A DNA stretch of 64,000 bases from Trichinella spiralis (taxonomy: Eukaryota): the NCBI RefSeq assembly GCF_000181795.1, contig NW_003526943.1, forward strand, positions 6,965,566 through 7,029,565. Reading direction: 5' to 3'. The notes under the pieces were generated by a model. That model saw only the letters and a program-made list of their open reading frames with translations. It did not search any database and had not been told where the DNA came from. The translations under genes and the position numbers were made by a program. This document shows positions 1-13,422 of this stretch, piece by piece (the first letter of the stretch is position 1; the number at the start of each line of letters is the position of its first letter).

Positions 1-1392
1 CTTCCCGGGTTGTCTTCCAAAATTCCGAGTTACCCCATGAATTTTGTCGAAATTTTAGCCAACCCTCTCCATCTCTGGTTTACAAATATCCCTAACCTGC
101 GTTACGGCGTAGTTTCCCCTCCTCGCTTTTTTTTACGCATGATTTCACGCATATGCCTTTGTCAAACATTCTTCGCTTTTCTCGTCACATCATTTAAATG
201 AAGAAATGTATAATATTGATATTCTTACCAATACTTTTCCATGTGTTTATTTTGAAACAATCGCAAGGAATCATAAAGAAGTGCTCGTTTTCGTGCTGAA
301 AAAATGGGTGGAGACGTGAGTTTTATATCAATGTGTAGAATATCGTGTTGCTCTGAAATCTATTATTTGTTTCAAAAATTTCGCAAAATCTGCTCTACAG
401 GAAGAAAAAACTGAAAAATAGCAATTTTTTGACGTTAATTTTATTGCATTTATCGCCAATAAAAGGTTTTAAAATCATCAGAATTAAAAATAGTTTTATA
501 CAAACATATGCGGGATTTCTCGTACTATTTATTTAAATTAAATTCATGAAAATTAAACATATTTAGGCTTTTTACACGTTTTTTTAATATGCTGTGGATC
601 CCACCCCAAGAATCCAACAACGTACTTTTCAGTTTTGCGATGTTCTACAGGCCGAACAAAAGTTTCTGTAACATTTCAATTGTTTTCAAAATATTGTTTG
701 AAATGTAGTCAAAATATTGCTTGAAACGAGGCGTTGCAAAGCTTCAAACCATAAAAATGAAAATTGGTGGAGTGCATCCAGAACAAAACCCCCTGTGGTG
801 TCATGCATCTCAACAATGTATCAAACGGTTAAAGAAATGGCGTATAGTGTTATTACATTTTGAATCATGGTTTTGTGTAAGGATATTTTTTTGAAGCGTA
901 CTGTTTTATCTCTGCTTTGTAGTTGGAATATTATTGTTGTAATTATAGTGGGAATTGCTTTAGGGCAATTAGAATAAGTGTGTCATTTTGTTTATGTGGC
1001 GGGAATATTTTTGATTTTTAATTTTACTTGATTATTGTTGATTTCGCAAGTGTTTAAGCAATTTCGAAATTATCCGGGATGATTGTCATTATGAATTTAT
1101 TCTGCTCAATTTTCCGGCGTTAGTAATAGAGTTTTATTAAGTTATTTGTTAAAAAGGAAATGTTTTTTTTCAATATTTTTTGTACTAATTGCATTCATTG
1201 TACATTCAGTAATTGTGTATAATACTGTCTTCTGTAAGGAATGAACCACGGGATTTTTAATTACCATATTTTTCATTGTTGGAAAATTTTCCGTTTGCAT
1301 TACATTAATGATCTGGAAAAAGTTTCAGTGTAATTTGATTAAGTAATTTCTTTGAATTTCTTGTATTAGCAGAGGTGTTTTGAGGAATCCTT

Positions 1393-2240
1393 ACCGAACT
1401 CTTAATGGATTCACAAAAGATTCTTCACCTCCAGGCAAGACGCTTGTTTTAGTATCTAAAGATGCGCCGCTTTTAATATTTGCCTTTGTTGAATTGAAGA
1501 CAAATTATTTACCGGAAATGATGACTGGTTCAATAATTACTGGTTGCAAAATTCGGCCTTAATTAGGAATAATAATAATATTCTTAAATGTGTTAAAAAA
1601 GTGATCATTATTTCACCTCGTAAACGTCCGCGTCTTCGTAAAGGCAAATTTCCTTCGCCAAGTACATCATATTCAGCAACAGAATTTTGCAACGCTGTCC
1701 TATCTTGGATATCTTCTGCGGGTCTGTGGATACGATTTCCATGTCTGTGAGGAACCATGTTCCCTACATTTGTCTTACATGATTTATTCAAAAGAATACA
1801 TCATTTTCAATTATGATTTTTATATACCATTATCATTGTTATGACGACTAGGGAACATGTTTTTGAATGTTCCACATTGTATATTTTTCCTTATTACATC
1901 GATGGTAGAATCTACAGCCTGCAATAATTGATAATGAAGAAGAAAAAAACAAACAACAGTCTTACCTTCTGTATGGGATGTGAAATCACAGAAGGATCAT
2001 TGCTTATGTGCATCCCTCGTAAACCTTTGTATTCATTATCAAGATGCTTCAGTCTGTTAGTAGCATCATCACAAATTATTGAATGAGCATCAGGATGTAC
2101 TGCGTGTTCATTTGTTCTAATACTTCCGTCATTATTTCTATGTGCAGTTCTATGGCTGTTTGAAGAAGTGGCTGAGTGCTGATGTTGCTGTGCGCTCTGA
2201 TTATAAGACGCGGTGGAATATTTTATTGTTGAAGAATGTT
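1393..2240 (-). CDS. Multi-exon fragment of an uncharacterised protein-coding gene (ends not defined)
   Basis: Phase-consistent GT-AG exons on the minus strand: ~2240-1966 (EHSSTIKYSTASYNQSAQQHQHS...ISHPIQK), ~1918-1828 (AVDSTIDVIRKNIQCGTFKNMFPSRH), ~1763-1617 (GNMVPHRHGNRIHRPAEDIQDR...LRRRGRLR), then GRILQPVIIEPVIIS and DTKTSVLPGGEESFVNPLRVR. No recognisable domain. Confidence 0.45.
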
Positions 2241-3512
2241 CTGCAAAAAATTGCTTTCAGTGTAAAAGCTCACATCAGTTAATTCAGTTCATTTCAATTT
2301 ACATAAAAGGTGACTTGATAAAATGTTATTTTCTATTTTCTTATGTGAAATGCAGTGCAATTCCAAGTAATAAGATTTGCTGAATATATTTTAATGTTTG
2401 TCATTTTTAATTTTTGACACTACGGTGTTAATAAAGTTTTCTAATGAATAATTGCATTTAATTACATTTCTGTTCAACGTCCAGACAATTAAAGACAATT
2501 GAAGACAACCTTTTCATGTGTGCATTGTCATATATTTTCTCTTTCAAAAAATTTGGGTTAGTTTATTCTTCAGCATTGTTTCAATGAAAGAGAATAATTT
2601 TGAAATTTTTAACTAAAATCAAAAGCTTAGATTGCAATTTTATGCAATCTTTTAAAAAGATGTATAAATTTAAATAAAATGCGCATATTCATTAAATTAA
2701 AAGAAGGAAGCATGCCTAGGAAGCATAAACTGGCACAAAATGCATACCGGATGTTACGTGGTGATCAGCAGTTCTATTCGCCGTGTGCACATTAGCCAAA
2801 GTGAGTGGCAAAAAAATGCCTACAAAGCTTGGCAAAAAGAAAAAGTAGAAGTGGAAGAAAACTGTCAGCCTGCAAAAGTACTGCATGGGAAATAAAAACT
2901 TTTCACTCACTTTGAAGCCGTTTTATTGCTACAAAACTGTAGCCTGGGGAATTTTGCAAAAATTCCAGTCCCAGCTGTCAGTTTAGTTCTTCTAACTTGC
3001 CAACTTCGAGAGCAACCTGCTTCTTTTGTCAGCTGGCAAAGGATGTCTACGTTCTCCTATTTGTTGCTTTTAATAAACAGAAAAAAGATATTTCAGTTTA
3101 TTAATTGCTTCATTTATTAAATTTGCCAAATTGCATGAAAGACAAATTCAATAATTGAGCAACTTTCTGCAAACAATTTCACATTTATTTGCACATATGC
3201 AAAAAGCAATTGCAATTTGCATATTATTCAAATTCTTTGAAAATTTGACCTTATTATTTTCATCTTTTTGTTATTTTCAATTCTAAATGAAATTTATAAA
3301 CTTGTTGTTCACCTTAATTTGCATCAAAATACTCTTTATCGTTTTGTTGCATTATAAAATCCACTGCAATGAATAAATCATCTTTCAATTTGTTGCAATT
3401 TTATCCAAACAGTAAAATAAATTTATTTAAAAACAACAACAACCAATTTTTTCTCTGTATTATAAATTCTGCTTTTTTTTGAAATTTCATCCCAACAACA
3501 ATGGATGCTGAC

Positions 3513-4319
3513 CAGCAAATATTTGCAGCAATTTATGGCAACGCTCTTGTGCAATTATGTGCGGTATCATGGTATCGCTCATCTAAAATAAAAAATAAAT
3601 TTTTATTTCTATTTTTAAATTTAAGATGTTTATCTTGTTAAAAAATATACTCAGAAAATTCACCTTTATCAAGCACTGATGTTTGTTACAATGTCTACAA
3701 TAGCTAAAGTTGCTTTTTCTTCTTTTTCCATAATAAATGCATTTCTCTTTGCATTGCATTTCATGCAGATCAGTTATTTCATGCAACAGTAGCTTGCAAA
3801 AAAATAACTGCTTGGTGTTCAACTTTGAATATTATTTAAATTTTTTTTTTGGTTGAAAAATAATATTTACTCAGTAAATGCAACTTGATTAAATTTTACA
3901 TTTGTGCAAGCTTAAAATTTTTTTAATCACTAATTTTTTATATTACCAAAGAAAGTTGTTGCATGGCATCTACAAAAGCGCAGCGCAAGTTCAAAGGCAG
4001 ACGAGTGAAGTCGGATATTTCCAAATATTGTGCGGCAAGGTGGCCTACTGTTGAACACGGATTGAACGGGGTGATGTAAGCAGGGTGTATGTGTGGCACT
4101 TTAAACCACTTGATGCCACGTTCGACAACTTCTGCTCATGAAAGAAACGCCAACGATAAAGGCAAAATATGCATGTATAATTTCATTTTTAATTCTTTAC
4201 CAAAAATACCAGGGTTGTAGAGGGGAGTCAAAATAGAACTGTCGCAGTCGTGGATGATGAAAAAGACGAACGCCATGCACATTTTCTTAAAAGCACCTTT
4301 ATCCATAAAGAGATGAAAT
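3513..4319 (-). CDS. Multi-exon fragment of an uncharacterised gene with a Cys/His-rich segment; may or may not join the 1.4-2.2 kb exons
   Basis: Phase-consistent exons 4319-4210 (FHLFMDKGAFKKMCMAFVFFIIHDCDSSILTPLYNP), 4131-3947 (EVVERGIKWFKVPHIHPAYITPFNPC...DAMQQLSL), 3822-3664 (LNTKQLFFCKLLLHE...QCKEKCIYYGKRRKSNFSYCRHCNKHQCLIK) and 3582-3513 (MSDTMIPHIIAQERCHKLLQIFA), all bounded by AG/GT. Confidence 0.45.
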
Positions 4320-4808
4320 CTACGGATGTTGTTGTGACAGTTGACGCTTCTTGGTCTTCAAAATTAGCCTGTCAGCGTTGATGATTGATTTCTGGAAAAG
4401 AAAAATTGTGAAAATCTTGCTTCTTATCAAGCAATCTAAACCCGTTTCAACGATGTCATTAGTAAAAAGCAAATTTAGAAACGACGTACTGACCGGAGGA
4501 AACAAACATCAAAACGCACTTATAAATGTCAACAATAAATCAATTTTCATATGAAAGTAATGCTTTCAAAACATCCACTTTTCTTTTTTTTCTTAAATTT
4601 TGAACCTGTTTAAACAACACTTTAACACATTTTTGTATCAAAGTTTATTTTTTTATTGTTATTCTTAAAATGATTACTGAGCAGTTTATAAATTATTAAA
4701 AGTAATATAACGCATTTATTCAATTTAAAAATACTTTCATCGAAAAAAATTTATGAAAAATTAAATTCTTGTAGTTTATATTAAAAAAAATAAAAATTAC
4801 TAACATGT

Positions 4809-4882
4809 GGCTCCATAGCTCAGTTGGTTAGAGCGCCAGTCTAGTAAACTGGAGGTCGCGAGTTCGAGTCTCGCTGGAGCCT
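4809..4882 (+). tRNA. tRNA-Thr (anticodon AGT)
   Basis: Acceptor stem GGCTCCA/TGGAGCC, D arm with A-box TAGCTCAGTTGG, anticodon arm CCAGT-CT[AGT]AA-ACTGG, T arm GCGAG-TTCGAGT-CTCGC, followed by a T5 Pol III terminator at ~4888-4892. Confidence 0.97.
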
Positions 4883-6001
4883 AACTCTTTTTCCTTTCTT
4901 ACATATCAGTTCATAAACTTCAATTCGCAGTTGTATTTTTTAATTAAAAACCCTTTCACTCACGAAACCAATTAATTTTAAATAATATGCATAATAGCAA
5001 TTCAAGTGAAAAAAGAAAAAAGACTTCTTTGTTGTTTATCTTTCAACGCATTATTTTGAAAAATTATATATAAACATGCACAATTTTTTGGAATTAATAT
5101 CAATGTAATTTAACAAGACTGTCAATATCAACGATGCTGTTTCATTTCATAATGTTTTTACATGGCTATGCTGGTAATTGAAGTTATGTATTGTATACAG
5201 GTATAGCATAATTAAATCTTAAAAAAATATATGTATAACTGTTGCATATGAGAAGTTGATACAGTTATTTATGAAAAGTAAAATAGAAAAAAGTTATGCA
5301 AGATATTTATTTAGAGGTCGTAATGAGTGTTCACAACATAAATAAATAAAACTTGATTGAAAGTCAGTTTGGTTTACTGTAAATGTACTCTAAGAATTGT
5401 TGGATTGGTAGATTTGTATGTAAGATTTTCAATTGTAATTTAATAGTTGTATTAATATTTAAAATGTATGGAAATGTTGTTTACATTTGTTGAGAATGAG
5501 AATACAATTTGAGAAGTTAGCATGCATATTTTAGTTAATTTCTTCGCTTATTTATATATAAATTGATTATAAATCTAATTATTAATATATTCACAATATA
5601 ATATAAGTATATATATATTGCGTTAAATGTGTAAAGTATTTATATTTACTTCATGCAATGCTTAAAGTATGTTGTGTAAAAACTGTTGTATACGGTATAC
5701 TACTATAGTTGATGGTTTATTGTTTTTTGTGTTTACGCTGTGCTTGTGTCATTTTTATTTCGAGGAAATATACAAATTCTAAACTACATAAAATATTAAT
5801 TTTGTATTTATTGTTTTTTACATTTTATTATTTTAAAGTTTGTTTTTTCATAGATTATTGTTTTTTAACTTTGTGACAAATTGTTTGTTGGCATCATTTT
5901 TGTTACAGATTTGAAAATTATTTCTTACCATCATTTTATCATCATATCATAAAAATTACTAATATTATCACGTTAATAAAGTTATTCTTAATTAAATAGT
6001 G

Positions 6002-9000
6002 ATGGCAGAAGTTGTACCTGCTCCAGGTGATATATTTTTTTTGGAGAAAGAATACGCTCTCAAGAAAGCACATGAAGTTGCAGTGAACAATGAATATGGT
6101 TTAACATACGACGCTGAAAGTCACTCTGACGATGAGTAGCGCATTCTTTTGTTTTATTTTTATTCTTAGTAAAATAGTTGTAAATTTATACATTTATTAA
6201 AAAAATCCTTTTTATTATCAGACATTAATAAATTATTATTTTTTGATATTGAAGTTTGTTTAGTCATAATAATATTGTTTTAGTTGTATAAATTATGTCA
6301 ATTAATTTTCCTTTTAATAGTCGCTCGTATTGTTAATTTATTAAGAGTTGGTAAATAATTATTTATAACTGTGTTTTTTTACAATTTAATGTGACATTAC
6401 TTTCATGTTAAGCAGGAATTCTAGTGATTGTTGCAATTCTTCATTTTATTCGTGTGCTGAAAATGGTTCGCCTATATTCCCATTGCTACGAAAAAGCCGA
6501 TTTTCATTTTTGCCATCTACTGTGAATTTTAGACTTGAAATAACAGAAGTTCCAAGTATGAGCAAGCTTTAATTTTGTTATTTTTTTCTTGAATGAATAT
6601 AAATTTTTGTTGCAGTTCCTAAACCGAAATGGGATATTCGAAAGAAGATGCTTTGGAGTAATAATTCAATTTTGCCGAAAGTTTTGAGAAAAATGCTCAT
6701 AAATCATCACTTTCGTATTGTTAAAAGTAAAATGTTTCTTACTTTGATTCTTCACATGTTGAAGCTTAAATTAGATCGGCTTATTTAGCTGACAAACGCT
6801 GGCTCGGCTACTGGGGAAGCCATTTGAAAACGATTGATTATGTGAAAATATTGCCATTTCAAAAGGTAATTTTTGGATTGATGTATTTCAATTGGTTCGT
6901 TAGTTGGCATGTATTTGAAATACAAGTGTATTCAGGTGAATCACTTTCCTGGAAATCATAATTTTGGCCGAAAAGATCGACTGGCGAAAAATATACGTGA
7001 ATTAGCTGCCCAGTGGCCGAAAGAGCACTTCGACTTCATGCCAGAAACATTCATACTGCCACGTGAAGCTAACACGTTGAAATCGATGATGAATTCAGAA
7101 TTGTCATCTGAATTTATCATTCTCAAGCCTGTATGTTTAATATTTTTTACATTGAAATTTATTATAAAATGTTATGACAAAAAAAATAATTGTTAATGTT
7201 TCATTTAGTTAAATGCTTGTAGTGTGTCAGGATCAGTTTGTAACTTGCAAAAGTAAGATATGAAGAATATGTTATTGATGGAATGTTGTAGTTTTTCTGA
7301 TGTTTCACAATATATATGATTTATATGTATCCATTTTTCAGTTGATCGTAAAACAGATTTATTAAGTTGAGAAAAAGTATATGGTAGAAAAATGAAAAGC
7401 AGGTTATAATAAATTGTTGTTTAAAATAAATTGAAATGAATTTAAAATTAGAATATTAAAGTAAAAAGTTTGTTTTATTTTAGTTTTGCTTCGCATAACT
7501 ATATTTTATTTTTCAACTAAGAACTTTGTCAAATTTTAGCCTGGCTCAGCTCGCGGAATTGGTATCAAAGTTATTAATAAGACGAAAAACATTCCGATCA
7601 ATGAGAATTTGGTTGCTCAGAAGTAGACTTGTTTATTTTTTCACTATTATTTTAAACACACTTTGTTCTATAATTCATAGGTACATCCGAAATCCGTACC
7701 TTATCAATGGATACAAATTTGATTTGCGATTTTACGTATTGGTTACAAGCTTTCATCCGCTTCGTATATATTTATACAATGAAGGCATTGTTCGCTTTGC
7801 CGGTTGCAAGTTAGATAGTTGTTTTTTTTAATTATTTTGGTTTATTCATAAATAACATACTTTCATTATCACTGGATAGTTAGTTGTATTGCTTTTTATT
7901 ACAAAGTGAATATTTGTAGATATGATGACAGTGAAGAAAGTTTGAAGAATGACTACATCCATTTGACAAACTTTAGCATTAATAAAAATGCTAATCCCGA
8001 CGACCGAACACTGTCAATGTCTGATTTGAAATGGTCAGTATTCATTGATTTCTTTTTAATATTGACATTTAAATCTTGGTCTTTGTTAACAAACATTCTT
8101 GTTTAGGTCATTTAGCAAATTTATCGATTACATTAAACAAGACGGTGCCGATGTCAACCATTTAATGACCGACATTATAGATATTATTTTGAAAACGATG
8201 ATTAGGTAATTGTATTAATAATATTTATTTGATAATTACGAAGTAAGAGTATTTTTTTTAACAAGTAAACTTATCATGATGTTACTTTATTGAATATTTT
8301 AAGAATTAAAATAGTAAATATAATAATTGCTTTATGTTTTGAGCTGTGAACGTGAATTACGCAGAACAATCGACGCTTATTGCCCAATGCCTTTTGTTGC
8401 TTATGAACTTTACGGTTTCGACATTTTGTTGGACAGTGATCTGCAACCATGGTTGCTTGAAGTGAACATTTCACCAAGTGTCCGATGCGTTACTGAAGTA
8501 GACAAAGAAGTCAAACTTCCGCTTCTTCGAGATGTGCTAAATTTAGCCGGCGTTTCCATACCAACAGATGAATTTTATGAAAAAGCCAAACCGTACAAAT
8601 GGTATATACATATATATATATGTTGAAATTTTCACTTTTTTCATGCAGTGTATTTATTAAACATGAATATTGGTGAAATTGGATTAATATTTCATAATTT
8701 CAGGTTATGCACAGAAGCGAAACGCCACTGCTTTAATTTGCATGTCAAGCCGAACAAGCAGAACTGCTGCACTGAACACATTTTGAGCAAAAGTTTGTGG
8801 GCAGAAAAGCAATTCGTTTGTTTTCAGGTTTGTATTGTACATTCAATTTATAGACTTATTAATTGAAATAGGTTTTTACAACTGATAACTTGCCACTGTT
8901 GTCATACAACTTTGAATGTTGTTATAGCTTGTATAAATTCTGAAAGTTTTCAGAAAAAAATACTTTCCCATTGATCAATTGATTGAACAGATGAATGAAT

Positions 9001-9442
9001 AATTGAAAATGATATTGTGTATATATTTTGTACGTATGGAGGTTGTAAATGAAAGTTTTGAAGATTGATTTCATTCAGAAACTGGACGAAAATATACTCG
9101 ATGATTTGACACCGTACGAAGCTAGTCATTTGCTTGAAATGGAAGATGAATACGATCGACGAGGTGGTTTTGTCCGTTTGATGCCTTCCACATTTTCACA
9201 TGCCTATTTGAAGTACGTCTCAGTTGGAGTTCCGCGTTATTTAAATTTAATGCAGCATACTTGGATCCAAAAGTACGGCGAAAATCGAGAAGCCGGTAAG
9301 CAGTATATTTTACAAGACATTATTTTAAGTTTTTTTTTTCTTCTTCTACGATGTGTAATTTTACCTTTTTCTTTTTTGAGGATGTGCCTTTTTGGAAAAT
9401 ATTGGCGCTGCGATGTTTGGAAAACACTTTGCTAATCAATAA
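6002..9442 (+). CDS. ttll-4: Tubulin glutamylase, TTLL4 type (multi-exon)
   Basis: Spliced exons give WLGYWGSHLK, FQK|VNHFPGNHNFGRKDRL, FDFMPETFILP, IILKP|PGSARGIGI, YIRNPYLINGYKFDLRFYVLVTSFHPLRIYLYNEGIVRFA, YIHLTNFSINK, YELYGFDILLDSDLQPWLLEVNISPS and the TTLL4-type tail ILDDLTP...EMEDEYDRRGGFVRLMP. Start (ATG 6002) and final exon (stop 9440-9442) inferred from splice phase. Confidence 0.92.
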
Positions 9443-11965
9443 TTATTTTGAAATTTATAATTTTTTAATTGATTTTGATTTCCTTCTTATGACAATTTTT
9501 TGTACTTCATTATGATTATCGTTCATTCAATAGCAGCTTTTTTTGTTCATGAAATCAACTGAATAAATTTTTTATTTGTTAGCGTTTTGATGGAAATGCT
9601 GAAAACAATGTACAAGTATTGTGTGTATGAATAAAATATTTTAAACAGTATTGATCGATTGCTGAATTTTGTGCAAAGCGAGTGCTGTGTTTTAGTCTCA
9701 TGATATTTATGAATGAATGTAAAAGAAGTACTGTTGATAGGAATTCGAATTGTTTGTCGCATCAACAAAATTGTAATAGATCTAATGTGAATTATGGTTT
9801 TTCCTTTATATGCAAATTCTGTTTTTCGCTTATTATATTTTCTTTTTTTTTAATTTCACCTTTGCTATGGTTTGCATTATTTACTGGCAATTGCACTAGC
9901 ATTAGAAATGTAGATTTGCATTAGCAATTGAAATGGTAATTTTCTTTTTGCAACTTATCAAATCTATTAGCACAAATAAGTAGACAAGATTGTAAATTTG
10001 AGATTTTAATTTTCAAATTGTAAACCTTGTATGTCAGATATATTAATATCTTGAATAAAAATTGAACTTTTAGCAATATTCTCAAATTTGTGTATTTTTG
10101 AAAATTGGATACAATTTACACAAGTCTTTGATAAACAGTCTTCTGAACTTGATGTGCATGCAATTCAATCGCAACGCGTAATGCAATTTTGTCGAAAACT
10201 CTATCACTCGAAGCAGTAGAAAGATAACGATTTAATTACTTGTTCAAATTTTAATCATCAACTTATTGAACTTAATTCTCCCACCGGTTGTGTTCGTACA
10301 ATGTCAACAATATTTTAATCTTAATCCATGGGTTTAATAATTTACAAAAAATACTTAATATAAAATTATCTGCCTGCTTATTTATTTATTTATTTATTTA
10401 CAGTTGTACACTGTGCAGTGTAATAATGATGATGCACGCGTTCAATGTCGATTTTTATTTATTTATTTGAATAGAAAAGTATGAAATTGGTAATACAGTA
10501 AGAAAGAAGCATTTTAATTAGGGAAAAATCGAATACAGAAGTAGAAAAATCCAACATTAAGATAGAAATAATTTCAATTTGCTTTGTTTAAAAATGCATT
10601 TATTTATGTTTGAAAAATAAAAGTTTTTGAATAAATTGAAATATTGAAAAATATGACTTTTTGCGACGATCATTGGATGCTTTCAGTTTTAGCTAATTTA
10701 GGTTCGATTGTGATATTTGTCAATAGAGCAAATATTTATCATTTCCATTTGCATTGCGTTGCATTGCATTGATCTGCGCGCGCATGTAAAGCGTTTGTTT
10801 GTTGTTTCGTTCAATTTGGCAAATAATTTACAGCAAGCAACGGTATATTTTCACGAATGCATCCATGCACACATCCATCTTGGCTTGTTAACTATAACAA
10901 GATGTGAACATTCCATTCGTGCATTTTAATAATTGACAAGCATGATAAGCAACTGAGGGACAATTCTATTCAAAGTAGTGGTGCTTTTGGTTTTTGATCA
11001 ATAGGACTCTCCCGAGGCGATCGGCTTTTCATTACTGTTGCTTGAAATGGAAATGTTTCAAATTTGGTCGATTTGCTCACCGTTGGTGGTCGAAATTTTC
11101 AACAATAAAATCCAGCATGGCAAATTTGTTCGTTGATCAGAAAATTATGATTTCTAATTGCATCATTTTCCCAATTACAACTTGTTGAACATATTATTCG
11201 ATTAATTACAATCAAGAGCTTCAACTTTTGTTCTATTTCAATTGTTTTGATTTTCCATTGCTCATATCCATTGGAATAAATCAAAAAGATGATATTTATC
11301 TTTTTGAAATTATAAAATCCCTTCATTGTTGAATAATAAACAGTATATAATAATGATGAAAAATATTTAAGAAAACAAAATGAATGAATAGAGATTGTTT
11401 AAGCTTCATTTCTTCAAGATTGAAAAATGAGAAAACAAAAACGTGATTGTGTATAGAAAACGTCAGCTGCTAACAAGCGGAAATGGTGGAACTACTTGCA
11501 ATATCGGCATTGCTTTGATATCCAGTCAGCTGTTCCACGTCAAAGATGACTAAAATTAATCATCGTCCACATTTGCCAGCTATACCGACGCCAAAAAGCG
11601 AATCATATGACCGACGGTAGCATTTGGCCAACAGCAGCCACTCAACCAACTAAATAGCAAACTCGAAGAAGCGGATGCGACATCTAGCAAGCAGGATGTT
11701 CTTCTTCTTCAAATGAGCACACAAATATTAAAAATCAACAATGAAAAATAACAATAAATATTATATTATAGGTGTTTTTTTCTCTCTTCATATTGAAAAT
11801 ATCTATTCAAACTTATCTTATTAAAAATGGAAATTCCAGGTGATGATGAATCATAATGGAGAAAAAAGTTTTTACAATTTTGAAAAATAAAAATGAATGC
11901 GAAATGATAATTTTCCATTTATTATTCAACTAGATTAATTATCTTCTTTAATAAATCAAAGTTTC

Positions 11966-11966
<1 letters not shown>

Positions 11967-12003
<37 letters not shown>
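11967..12003. repeat. (TA)n microsatellite
   Basis: Uninterrupted TA dinucleotide run of about 36 nt. Confidence 0.95.
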
Positions 12004-12006
<3 letters not shown>

Positions 12007-13422
12007 ATTATTGGTGATTTATTCATTTCTGACTAATTCTGCCAAAGGAAATGAATTATGATCAATCACAGGAAGAGATGAATAAGCTGGTCGATGTTGT
12101 TATTAATAAGATTAGCATTTGTGTAAAATATTGAAAAGATCCCAAGAATAATAATAAATATTACACGAAACATGCTGCAGTTGCGATTTTTGTTATCATT
12201 ATTCAATTGAACAAATAAGCATGAAACAGTTTTCCCCAAAAAACTTCCATTCTAATTTTGTTTCTCTTTATGTTTTTTTTTTGTTTTACTTAAACATTCA
12301 AAACTGCCCCTGACTTGTTGCAAAGAATGCCAAGCAACATTCCTCCAAACAAGCAAGCTGGCAAGCGTAAGAAGATGTTTGCACTTGTGCACCAACGTAA
12401 GACGGAAATAAAACATCCAACCAGTTCAAAATCACACATTCAGGCAAATAGCACTGTTCTTGCTGTGTTTAAAATTTCTCAAGATCATTTCATGAGATCA
12501 TTTCATAATTTCTAAAAATAAAAAACAATCATTCGATAATTAATTGTGATTTATACAATTAATTAATCAATTGTTGAAAATGTTCAAAAAATTTGTTAAA
12601 AAATTATTCTCTTGATAATCTTCAAAAGTTTCGACAATACTGTCGTTTTTATTATTTTAAAATTACAATTTTTTCAAAAAAAGAAAAAAACATAACAATA
12701 AAGTTTATAAAACATGATTGTTGTTAATTCAACAACAGTATATCTGGTCTGCGTCAGGAAGCTCAACTTGCAGATATAACAATTTTTCAAATTGTCCCGA
12801 TTCAAATTTGGCCAAAACAGTATATAAGCACATCTTTCAATGATCAATTCCAAATTCCACTGCTTGGTTGAGATGAAATTTTTGCATAAATATTCCCACT
12901 CCTTGCATCAACATGCCTCGCTTTTCACTTTCACCCTTGCGAGTATATTTATTGTACAAAAAAATTTTAAAAAAATTAATGCAGAAACTTTTATTTTTTC
13001 AAGAAAAATTTTAAAATTCGAAATTATCAAAAAAAACGAAGACGAAGGTTGTGGCTTCAAATGTTGAAACGTTGGAAATGATTTACAAATGTTGATCATA
13101 GAATATGGAAAAGCGGCTTTTTTGTCAACAAGTGTTTGTGTAATGTCGGTTGAAAAAGTCGAACAGATGAATAATGTGCTGAAAAGTGGTGGTGAAGAAA
13201 ATTTGCATGCGAATTGAATTCTTATTTTCAGGTACATTATACTGTAGTGGAGAGTGTACTATAGCTGTCAGTTGGATGAAGGTGTTGACGGCTGCGGCTG
13301 GTTGTTGCTGCGCGCGCGTTGTGATCAAATGTAAAGCTTGCTCCTGCCGTTGTTAGCATTGTCAGTTGATTCTGAAAAGTAGTTTCGCCGAGTAGTTAGT
13401 TAGAAAGTCACGTAGTGAGAAG

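Noticed and set aside
1..900. Possible transposon or dispersed-repeat remnant
   Set aside because: No terminal repeats, target-site duplication or transposase ORF visible; a repeat-library search is needed.
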